This document shows, piece after piece, positions 27,133 to 34,861 of a stretch of 64,000 bases of DNA (position 1 is its first letter; the number at the start of each line of letters is the position of its first letter). Source of the stretch: Patescibacteria group bacterium (GTDB lineage Bacteria > Patescibacteriota > Patescibacteriia > Patescibacteriales > UBA12465); assembly GCA_041650715.1 (NCBI GenBank), contig JBAZKQ010000001.1:723913-787912 (forward strand). Reading direction: 5' to 3'. The position numbers and the translations under genes are program-made. The notes below the pieces were generated by a model that saw nothing but the letters and a program-made list of their open reading frames with translations, ran no database searches and had not been told where the DNA came from.

Positions 27133-29682
27133 TTACTTGGCAAAAAACATTTCATCATCATCCTCGTAAGGCTTTGCCGCCGGCTTATCGCCCTCAACTT
27201 TCGGCAAGGGATGATCCTGATGAATCTCCTCTAATATTTCATCCTCATCGTCAATTGTAGCGTCTTCTTCTTCCGGCGTCAAACTTAATTCTTCTTTAAT
27301 TTCTTCTTCATTTTCTGGGGCTTCGTCCTCCGCTTCTTCTTCCTCATTTTCATCCGGAGCGGGCTTGTCATTCTTAAAAACCAAAACATCATCCGCCTCC
27401 TCTTCATCTTCATCCGCCTCATCTTCTTCGCCTAAATAACTGGCTGGCGCCACGGCTGTCGCCCGATCATGAACCGGAATTCCGCTAATAACTTCCGTAT
27501 TCGATGCTTCATATTGTTCCTGGCTAATCATCACTTCGCGCGGCTTCGCGCCATTTGAGGGTCCAATAATACCTGACTCTTCGAGCATATCTAATATCTT
27601 AGCCGCCCGGCCATAACCGATAGAAAGACGGCGCTGCAGCATTGAGGTTGAAGCCTTTCCGGCTTTAACAATTATTTCTTTAGCTGCTTCGAATAATTCA
27701 TCTTCATCACCGTGATTACCGTCTAACCCGACTCCGGCGTTTCCGCCCACTTTCTGACGGTCGGTTACCCCCTCTAAATATTCAGCTGGTCCGCACTTAT
27801 CTTTAATATAATTTACGACATCGTTTATTTCATTATCGCTTAAGTATGCCCCCTGGATTCTTTTTGGTTTGGAAAACTCAGCGGTCATAAATAACATATC
27901 GCCTTGGCCCAATAATTTTTCTGCGCCCGACGAATCAAGAATTGTTTTCGAGTCGACGAGCGAAGCCACGGAAAACGCGATACGCGTCGGTACGTTCGCT
28001 TTGATTAACCCGGTAATAACATCAACGCTCGGCCGCTGTGTCGCAAGTATCAAATGGATACCGATGGCGCGCGACATCTGGGCAAGACGGATAATAGCCG
28101 CTTCCATTTCCTTACCGCTCGTCATCATAAAATCGGCGAGCTCATCAATAATGAAAACGATATAGGGTAATTTTTCTTTAGCTGTTTGATTATATGATTG
28201 GATATTGCGCTTCCCCGCTTTATTTAAAACATCATAGCGGCGCTCCATTTCATTCAAGCACCACTTAAGCGCGTTGATCGTTTTATTAACATCGGTAATG
28301 ACCGGGGTTAGTAAATGAGGAATGCCGTTATAAGTCGGGAGTTCAACCCGCTTCGGATCAACCATGATAAAGCGTAGTTCATCCGGATTATTTTGGTAAA
28401 GCAAAGAAACAATAATTGAATTTAAACAGACTGATTTCCCGGAATTAGTCGCGCCCGCCACAAGGAGGTGCGGCATGCGCGTTAAATCATAAAGCCAGGC
28501 CGTACCGGCGACATCTTTACCAAGAGCAATAAATAAATTATTTTTTCGATCTTTAAAAGTTTGATCTTCTAAAATTTCTCTTAGACCAACGATTGCTTTC
28601 GCGCGGTTAGGCACCTCGACACCGACTAATGACTTACCCGGAATCGGTGCTTCAATTCTAATCGGATGCGCGGCGAGCGACAACGAGAGATCATTACTTA
28701 AAGTTGTAATCCGAGAAAGTTTAACGCCTTCCGCCGGACGAAAAGTATATTGAGTCACAGTCGGGCCAACCTTAGTATCTCCCATCTCGACATCAATGCC
28801 GAATTTATTTAAAGTTTTTTGAATCTTAAGTGCATTGGCGTCGGTATCGCCGCCGATTGCTTTGGTAAATTTATTATTTAAAAGTTCGAACGGCAAATCA
28901 ATTTTAATTAAGCGTTTCGGCCAAACAATTTTTTCCTGTACCTTCGGCTTATCTTTAAGTGCCTTAGCCGGTGAAACTATTTCATCTTCCTCTTCTTCAA
29001 TTTCTTCCGGTTTCACTTCTTTCTTCTGCCAGGCACTTAAAATTTCTTCTTTCGCTTCGGCCACAAATTTCTGACCCTGATTATCCTCCACTTCCGAACT
29101 GGAAAATAAATTCTTGAAGAAAAGAGCAAAGGGCCGGAAAATCTTAGCGAGCATACTTTCCTGACCGATAATGCGCGCGAGCGAAGTATTGAAGACGAGC
29201 ACGAGCGATATTAATAAGAGGGCAATTAAAACGAGCACACCGCCCCAGAAACCGAAGATATAATTAAATAACTCACTCAAATACAAGCCGATATAGCCAC
29301 CGCCAACCCCTGTTTCCACCGTCGTCTCCCAATTAATCTGGTCGATAAAAAAGTGAAATAGAGTTTGATAAGAAATAAAAAGCGTAGTCAATCCCAAATA
29401 GTCCGTAAATTTTAAAGGTTTCTTGGTCTTACGGATTAAAATAAGCGCCCAATAAAGAAAAATGAGCGGGACAAGCCATTTACCGAAGCCGAAAATAAGG
29501 GTCAACCACTTCGAAAGGAAAATGCCAAAATGGCCGGAAAGATTAAACAGGCCGAGCAGGCTAACAAGACCGAGCACAATGAGAAACACGATAATAATAC
29601 TGCGCTTAGCGCGATCATCAAGGTCGAACTCTGGCAAGGAGATGTAATCAAGGGGATTAGAATTTTTCTTTTTACGAGACAT
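27133..29682 (-). CDS. ftsK: DNA translocase FtsK/SpoIIIE with acidic C-terminal tail
   Basis: 849 aa. N-terminal TM segments, Walker A (VAGATNSGKSV), a gamma-like winged-helix region (LQRRLSIGYGRAAKILDMLEE), then a ~100-aa Glu/Asp-rich tail. Confidence 0.9.
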   Translation of the reverse strand: MSRKKKNSNPLDYISLPEFDLDDRAKRSIIIVFLIVLGLVSLLGLFNLSGHFGIFLSKWLTLIFGFGKWLVPLIFLYWALILIRKTKKPLKFTDYLGLTTLFISYQTLFHFFIDQINWETTVETGVGGGYIGLYLSELFNYIFGFWGGVLVLIALLLISLVLVFNTSLARIIGQESMLAKIFRPFALFFKNLFSSSEVEDNQGQKFVAEAKEEILSAWQKKEVKPEEIEEEEDEIVSPAKALKDKPKVQEKIVWPKRLIKIDLPFELLNNKFTKAIGGDTDANALKIQKTLNKFGIDVEMGDTKVGPTVTQYTFRPAEGVKLSRITTLSNDLSLSLAAHPIRIEAPIPGKSLVGVEVPNRAKAIVGLREILEDQTFKDRKNNLFIALGKDVAGTAWLYDLTRMPHLLVAGATNSGKSVCLNSIIVSLLYQNNPDELRFIMVDPKRVELPTYNGIPHLLTPVITDVNKTINALKWCLNEMERRYDVLNKAGKRNIQSYNQTAKEKLPYIVFIIDELADFMMTSGKEMEAAIIRLAQMSRAIGIHLILATQRPSVDVITGLIKANVPTRIAFSVASLVDSKTILDSSGAEKLLGQGDMLFMTAEFSKPKRIQGAYLSDNEINDVVNYIKDKCGPAEYLEGVTDRQKVGGNAGVGLDGNHGDEDELFEAAKEIIVKAGKASTSMLQRRLSIGYGRAAKILDMLEESGIIGPSNGAKPREVMISQEQYEASNTEVISGIPVHDRATAVAPASYLGEEDEADEDEEEADDVLVFKNDKPAPDENEEEEAEDEAPENEEEIKEELSLTPEEEDATIDDEDEILEEIHQDHPLPKVEGDKPAAKPYEDDDEMFFAK

Positions 29683-29754
29683 AGTTAAAAATTAAGAAAA
29701 TAAAGGATAAATACATTATATCATAAGCGGGGATAAATAAAATACGGAAAAATA

Positions 29755-29893
29755 AAAAACCGTCAATAATCTGTAGAGCGTTATTTACCGGCCCGAAGGC
29801 TAATAAACGACGAAAAGTAAAAACATATTTAAGGAGAGAGATTGATTAAATGCGTTTTAGACTTCTCCGCTCTACAAGTTATTGGCGGTTTTT
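29755..29893. repeat. 26-nt imperfect inverted repeat (23/26) enclosing ~87 nt; terminator-like or structured RNA at the distal end of the GC-rich block
   Basis: 29755-29780 (AAAAACCGTCAATAATCTGTAGAGCG) pairs with 29868-29893 (CGCTCTACAAGTTATTGGCGGTTTTT). The inside holds a GCC-UUCG-GGC hairpin (minus-strand reading). A/T runs on both outer sides give a U-tract on either strand. Confidence 0.6.
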
Positions 29894-29898
29894 AGCTT

Positions 29899-29985
29899 AT
29901 TCTCTTCTGAAGATACCATAATTATATGATATTTTCGGGAAAGAAGCGAACAGGTGAACTGCCTGTTCGCGCTTTTTTTGAACTT
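29899..29985 (-). ncRNA. conserved intergenic element, copy A (hairpin plus second hairpin; no hammerhead core)
   Basis: Shares GUUCAA, a GCGAACAG(G)/(C)CUGUUCGC stem, CUUCUUUCCCGAAA, a covarying second hairpin and UUCAGAAGAGAA with 33568-33658. Starts 8 nt after the helicase stop. Confidence 0.55.
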
Positions 29986-29992
29986 AAAAGAA

Positions 29993-32900
29993 CTATTTGA
30001 TTAACCCAGCGCGACGCAAGGCTTCAGCCATAGCGTCATTCGAAGTTCCGACTTTATCTTGCCAATTTTCTTGGCGCAACTGTTTCGGTTCTTCGTACGA
30101 AGTGTCATTTCCGAAATGATATTCCGATACATAGTATTTGACATCATTCGGATCGGCGCCACAAAAAAAATCTGAAGTTTCGCCAATAGACGACCAAACG
30201 TCGCTTAAATTGCGGCTAACTCGGGCGCGCCCGCAGGAAATTTCATGAGCATCAATTTTACGGGTCGGCAATTTAGACACATTATCCATAAATTGAAGCG
30301 CACGGTCAACGTCGTTTGCGAAAGCATTAAGCAAGTAAGCCGGAATATTATTGGCCCTTACTAAAGCGTCACGGTCGGCTTGGCGTGTTTTTAGAAGATC
30401 AACGAGTCCGGCGATAAAATTATTGGCCTCGTTAATCTTTACTTTAGCTTCCAAAAAATTAGCTTCATTACTCAGGCTACGTGCTTCGGAAACTAAATAA
30501 CGGAAACGGCTCGATTCTTCAGAAATTAATTCTAAGGATTGATTAGAAAAATGATTGCTAAAGTTATTTTCTGCTTCTTCAATCAATTCTCCCACTTCGC
30601 TGTTTTCCGAAAGCAAATTTGCCTTCAGCGTACGTAAGCCCTGTCTGCTTTCGCTTAGGAGCTCAGAAAAATTTTCCGCGTTTGCCCGTTCGACAACCTG
30701 AGAAATAATTCTTGTACTTTCAGTTTGGAATCTTTCAGTCATGGCAGTCCAGCCCCAGCTATACCAGGGTCTATCGGATTCCAAGAAAAATTCACCGCTC
30801 AGTAGCGCCCGCATCATACTTATTATCGCGGAGCGATTAGCAAGCTTTGCATCTTTAGAATCCTTATGAATGGCGAGGCGGAAACTATTACCACTCAGTG
30901 AGATATACGGAAAAGCATAAACTTTTTCTCCGTTATCTTTCTGGGCATATTCTAACGGCTGAAGCTCTTTCAGCAAAGCAACAAAACTTTCTCCGCTCTC
31001 TAACCAAGGAGCATTCCTCAGCTCGCTTTCCTTAATCCGCCACGCTTCTTCGAGGCGTCTATTTTCAAAATAAACGTTTACCTCGTCAAAGCTATCAAAA
31101 CTTGTATAAGAATCGACATACAGTCTCAGCTGACGACCACCGGCAAGACTTAAGGTGCCAATTTGGTTCTTAGCCTGCTCGGCATTGATACGAATTGCAG
31201 CCTGATTATTGTTATAGTTAACAGAAATTTCTTCACCATTAACTAAAATAGAGTCAGGATTATCAGCCAGCACTTTTGCTTCGAGCTCGGCGTCGATATT
31301 AGTAAGAAGAAAATCTTCTACCTTTATCTCAGCCAAACACTTTGCCGAAACAAGTTTCAATGAAACAAACTCTTGCCACTCCGATCGTTCGAACGGATAA
31401 ACAAAAATTTTCTCACCGGCACGACGATTTAATTCTTTGGCCCGCTTTATTATTTCGTTATCAGCGGCGGCGAATTCATAATTGTCTATGCTGTAACCAT
31501 AAGACAATTTATTCACCAGCCAATTACCAAAAATTTTAGCGGCCTCAGGATGATCCGGCGTTTCCAGAACTTCTTCTTTAACAAGCATGTCATTAAAGAA
31601 TGTCTGACGCGTCGAAACACAAACGTCTTTTTCCGAGTCAAATTTAGGACTTACTCCTTCTTCGACTTTAGCCAGTTGCGGAGCAACCTCGACTAACCAT
31701 GAAGTGTCCACGTTTGTGGCCATTGTGACAAGACGAAATATTCCGCGTCGGGTCGCGAGATCGAAGGGTTGTCCGACAATCCAATTTTTTCCGTTAACAA
31801 TGGATTCATTGGAAAGCCGACGAGAATAACCGTCGCCGTTTCTGTAATCCGACCATGAGCCCTGATATAAGTGCTCAACCATGCCGGCACAAAGTGCTTT
31901 TAGGATATCCTCCCTCTTTCCAGAACTCTGAAAAGAAGAAATTTTTCCTTTGAGCGCATTTGCCAGAAGCTGACGGCGATCACGTGCCTGATGATAGGCT
32001 TTCACGAAGACACCTTTTAAACGGCGTTCTTCGTTAGACATATTCCTGGCACCGCGGAAAACCGCGAGTTGCGCCATCGGGTCCGAATCTTCTTCCTTCG
32101 GACAGAAAGCCGGACGCCAAAGATCGACTGCATCCATTACATCGTCGCCGATTGTAACTTTACGAGCAGTTACTCCACCTTGTTCAAGAATAGCGGCGAT
32201 ATCAATAATATCGTCGACTACCCCGTACTTTTCCGCAGCGATAACCATGCGGCCATACTGAACAGAAATAGGCAGGCGAGAAACCTGACGCCCGATTGCA
32301 GTTACCAAACCGCTTTCGTCCATGCAACCAAGAGCTCTGAGAGCTTGCTTAGCCTCATGAATTTGATCTTGAGGCGGCTGATGGAAAAAATTTAATTCTT
32401 CGGCATCAATCTTAGCTTCGGCCAAACGTAAGACGGTTTGGTCGAGACGAACGCGTAGAATTTCGGCTTCCGGGAAGGCTAAACGATTTTCGTCGTCCGT
32501 TGGACAACAATCGATATAGACTCCCTCGCGGCAACGACCGGCCCGGCCTTTGCGTTGGGCGCGATCAGCTAGTGAAATCGCTTTCAGGAATAATCCTTCG
32601 ACGCCTTCATTAAGCTCGATACGACGCTCAGTCCCACCATCAACAACGGCATCAATATCCTCAATCGTAATCGAGGTCTGAGCGACGTTAGTGGCAATGA
32701 CACACTTGGGGCGACTATAGGAACGGAATACCCGATCCTGTTCGTCAGCTTCAAGTTCACCGTGCAGCGGCAGGATTTCGGCGTTGAGGCCATAGCTTTC
32801 CAGCTGGCTCCATAATTCACCGATTTCTTTTTTTCCCGGCTGAAAGGCTAAAACATTGCGACCCTCTTTAAGAAGACTGCTAATGTCCTGGCCCATGTTT

Positions 32901-33457
32901 CCGGAACTAACTTGCTCCTCAACCGGGTAACAACGACCGGGAATACTAATCACCGGTGCGTTGTTGAAATAAAGCGATAATTTTTCCGCTTCAAGTGTAG
33001 CGGACATAATTACCAATTTAAATTCGACGCCGCTTTCGATTTGGCGTTTCGACCAAGCAACGAGAACCTCCATATTGAGATTCCATTCGTGGACTTCGTC
33101 GAGCACCAGAATCTGGTGACGATGAGTGCCCATTAACTCTCTCACGAGAGCGAGGCCGTCCGTTACGAATAAGCAGCGCGTATTCGGTCCGTCCTGTTTT
33201 TCATAAGCAGTCCGGAATCCGATTTCGCTACCAAGTTCGCAATTACGTTCTTGGGCAACACGTTTCGCTACCGAGCGAGCGGCGAGACGACGCGGTTGAG
33301 TTACAACGAGAGAATATCCCTCGTCGAGCAAAAATTGCGGCACGCGGGTTGATTTCCCGGCGCCAGTTTCAGCGGTGATGATAACAACTGAATTGTTAAT
33401 CACTGAATTAATAATCTGGGCCCGGTAAGAATCCACGGGCAATTTCTGGTTTTTCAT
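29993..33457 (-). CDS. DEAH-box (HrpA/HrpB-like) ATP-dependent helicase with ~500-aa extra C-terminal region
   Basis: 1154 aa. TGAGKST Walker A, DEVHE motif II, SAT, QRKGRAGR motif VI, then an HA2/OB-like region to about aa 600. I could not assign the rest. Confidence 0.8.
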   Translation of the reverse strand: MKNQKLPVDSYRAQIINSVINNSVVIITAETGAGKSTRVPQFLLDEGYSLVVTQPRRLAARSVAKRVAQERNCELGSEIGFRTAYEKQDGPNTRCLFVTDGLALVRELMGTHRHQILVLDEVHEWNLNMEVLVAWSKRQIESGVEFKLVIMSATLEAEKLSLYFNNAPVISIPGRCYPVEEQVSSGNMGQDISSLLKEGRNVLAFQPGKKEIGELWSQLESYGLNAEILPLHGELEADEQDRVFRSYSRPKCVIATNVAQTSITIEDIDAVVDGGTERRIELNEGVEGLFLKAISLADRAQRKGRAGRCREGVYIDCCPTDDENRLAFPEAEILRVRLDQTVLRLAEAKIDAEELNFFHQPPQDQIHEAKQALRALGCMDESGLVTAIGRQVSRLPISVQYGRMVIAAEKYGVVDDIIDIAAILEQGGVTARKVTIGDDVMDAVDLWRPAFCPKEEDSDPMAQLAVFRGARNMSNEERRLKGVFVKAYHQARDRRQLLANALKGKISSFQSSGKREDILKALCAGMVEHLYQGSWSDYRNGDGYSRRLSNESIVNGKNWIVGQPFDLATRRGIFRLVTMATNVDTSWLVEVAPQLAKVEEGVSPKFDSEKDVCVSTRQTFFNDMLVKEEVLETPDHPEAAKIFGNWLVNKLSYGYSIDNYEFAAADNEIIKRAKELNRRAGEKIFVYPFERSEWQEFVSLKLVSAKCLAEIKVEDFLLTNIDAELEAKVLADNPDSILVNGEEISVNYNNNQAAIRINAEQAKNQIGTLSLAGGRQLRLYVDSYTSFDSFDEVNVYFENRRLEEAWRIKESELRNAPWLESGESFVALLKELQPLEYAQKDNGEKVYAFPYISLSGNSFRLAIHKDSKDAKLANRSAIISMMRALLSGEFFLESDRPWYSWGWTAMTERFQTESTRIISQVVERANAENFSELLSESRQGLRTLKANLLSENSEVGELIEEAENNFSNHFSNQSLELISEESSRFRYLVSEARSLSNEANFLEAKVKINEANNFIAGLVDLLKTRQADRDALVRANNIPAYLLNAFANDVDRALQFMDNVSKLPTRKIDAHEISCGRARVSRNLSDVWSSIGETSDFFCGADPNDVKYYVSEYHFGNDTSYEEPKQLRQENWQDKVGTSNDAMAEALRRAGLIK

Positions 33458-33567
33458 TTTTATAAGTTTTGGTTTTGAGGATGGTCAAACAAATTTAGCC
33501 AGCCTAAAAACCAAAACTAAAGGATAAATAATAACCTTATTACTATTAAGTTTTAAACGTACACTTT

Positions 33568-33658
33568 TTTCTCTTCTGAAAGCACCATTGGTAAATTTCA
33601 CTAATGATGATTTCGGGAAAGAAGCGAACAGTTTGAAAGTCTGTTCGCTCTTGAACTT
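33568..33658 (-). ncRNA. conserved intergenic element, copy B
   Basis: Paralog of 29899-29985. Lies between the DHH-motif gene stop (33727) and the helicase leader. Confidence 0.55.
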
Positions 33659-33726
33659 TTTTCTCATCCGATTTCGCTCTTAGAGATTAAAGCGCTCAAT
33701 TTAATGTCGAGAGATGACGAAAGGAT

Positions 33727-34575
33727 TTATGCCTGGGGTTTGTCGTAAGCCCCGGCAAAACCACGGCCAGCATCACCATAGGCCTGATAAAGACCGTTAG
33801 CAGCTGCCCAGCCGTTGGGATAAGTTGGCCGGCCTTCGGCCATTACGGCCTCACCGAGAAATTCGGCGACAACCGGTTTGGTACCGGACAGGTTCACCTT
33901 GTCCGGGAAACGTTTGTCTCCCTTTGCGAGATAAGGTGTGGCTGTCATGACTCCGGCCTCTACCAAAAATGGTATCGGACCCGAGTCGCGAACATCTGCT
34001 ACCTGGACACCGCCGAGCGTGACAGTTTTGGTCGGATTTTTCAGCTGCTGAACAGCGGCTTCGATTCCGGCCATAGCTTCGGCCTCCGAAGAAACGTTTT
34101 CACGTTTCATAATTTCGGGAAGACGCATGGCGAGAACTTCTTCAGCCGTAACACCAGGACACTGTCCCTGGTAGGCGGCGCCAAGACAGTGGTCTGCGGC
34201 AGCTATCACCCGGTCCTCCTGAGTTGGCTCAACTTCGAGATATTTCAGGAGTTGCCCCAATGAGGAAGCCTCGAGATACTGGCTTGGCGGTAAGCCGAAG
34301 CCAAAATTTCCTGGGTTATGATGGTCGCATTGCCCAACCATGACCAGCGAGCCGGCGGCTTTCGGAGAGCATTCAAAAATAATGCATTCCAAAGCCTCGG
34401 CGGCAGATTCGGTTGAATCCAGAACGAAGCCGTCGGCACGGTAGGCTGTCATTGGGTTGCACTTTTCGCCTGCAATTGTTGCCGTGGCTAAAAGTAAACC
34501 GTGCTGAGCGGCAATTTTGCGTGCTCTCTGCTCCTCGATGTCGGGAGCGCCGAAAATAATCACAATTTTATTCAT
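33727..34575 (-). CDS. DHH-motif protein (putative phosphoesterase), paralog 1
   Basis: 282 aa from MNKIVIIFGAPD. Contains QCDHHNPGN and AAADHC. It aligns by eye with ORF 34862..35632 (KIVIIFGAPD/KIFFIVPAND; CDHH/IDHH; SSLGQLLKYLEVE/SSIEQVAALLGVE; IAAADH/IAANDK). The track's upstream 17 codons fall inside the conserved leader hairpin, so I trimmed them. Confidence 0.6.
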   Translation of the reverse strand: MNKIVIIFGAPDIEEQRARKIAAQHGLLLATATIAGEKCNPMTAYRADGFVLDSTESAAEALECIIFECSPKAAGSLVMVGQCDHHNPGNFGFGLPPSQYLEASSLGQLLKYLEVEPTQEDRVIAAADHCLGAAYQGQCPGVTAEEVLAMRLPEIMKRENVSSEAEAMAGIEAAVQQLKNPTKTVTLGGVQVADVRDSGPIPFLVEAGVMTATPYLAKGDKRFPDKVNLSGTKPVVAEFLGEAVMAEGRPTYPNGWAAANGLYQAYGDAGRGFAGAYDKPQA

Positions 34576-34601
34576 TTTTTTCTTTTTTTCTCCGCGCACC
34601 A

Positions 34602-34656
34602 TTGCTCGGATTATTCTGTAACTCATAAATTATGAAATCCAAAATAATCCGGACAA
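34602..34656 (-). promoter_or_regulatory. conserved 5'-leader long hairpin, copy 1
   Basis: Arms 34602-34615 and 34643-34656 (minus strand UUGUCCGGAUUAUU / AAUAAUCCGAGCAA) enclose a 27-nt loop containing CAUAAUUUAUG. About 100 nt of leader is near-identical to 36580-36690. Confidence 0.6.
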
Positions 34657-34723
34657 TATGCTCCTTAAAAATGAAACAAATTTTTAGGTCTTTCTATTTC
34701 TATATTTTTCTATCAAAGAACAT

Positions 34724-34776
34724 TTCCATTTCGTCGTTTCCGACTCATCAGCACTGATACACATCAGTGGATGGAA
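34724..34776 (-). ncRNA. type III hammerhead ribozyme (HHR-1)
   Basis: Minus strand: UUCCAUC|CACUGAU-GUGU-AUCAGUG-CUGAUGA-GUCG-GAAA-CGAC-GAAA-UGGAA. All core invariants are present (C3-A9, G12-A14, A15.1:U16.1, C17, G10.1:C11.1). Stems I, II and III are 7, 4 and 6 bp. Confidence 0.9.
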
Positions 34777-34861
34777 GAGCAAGTTTAAACGGCTTGCTCT
34801 TTTGAACTTTTTTTTGCTGGCCAACGCCAATTACTCCGCAAAAGAGAGTATGATTTTGAAA

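Noticed and set aside
29800-29817. Plus-strand CUAAUAAACGACGAAAAG, resembling a hammerhead core plus the 3' half of stem II.
   Set aside because: G5 and G8 equivalents are A, the 5' half of stem II is missing, and there are no stems I or III. This is either coincidence or an inactive relic.
29850-29921. 23-aa plus-strand ORF preceded by AAGGAGAGAG inside the terminal inverted repeat.
   Set aside because: The SD-to-ATG spacing is long (~13 nt). The ORF is built from the repeat arm and element A, and the GGAGAGAG word is a recurrent RNA motif of this block.
29899-29985. Elements A and B as hammerhead ribozymes.
   Set aside because: Neither strand contains CUGAUGA with a following stem II and GAAA. 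The closest plus-strand strings (UAUGAUA, AAUGAUGA) are not conserved between the copies. They are kept only as candidates of unknown class.
33485-33667. 60-aa minus-strand ORF between the DHH-motif gene and the helicase.
   Set aside because: It is made entirely of the conserved intergenic element B plus the leader. Its paralogous copy A has no equivalent ORF.
34576-34626. 17-codon extension (MSYRIIRAMVRGEKKKK) of DHH-motif paralog 1.
   Set aside because: It lies inside the leader hairpin that is conserved upstream of an unrelated gene (36580-36661), so the similarity is at the RNA/DNA level, not coding.
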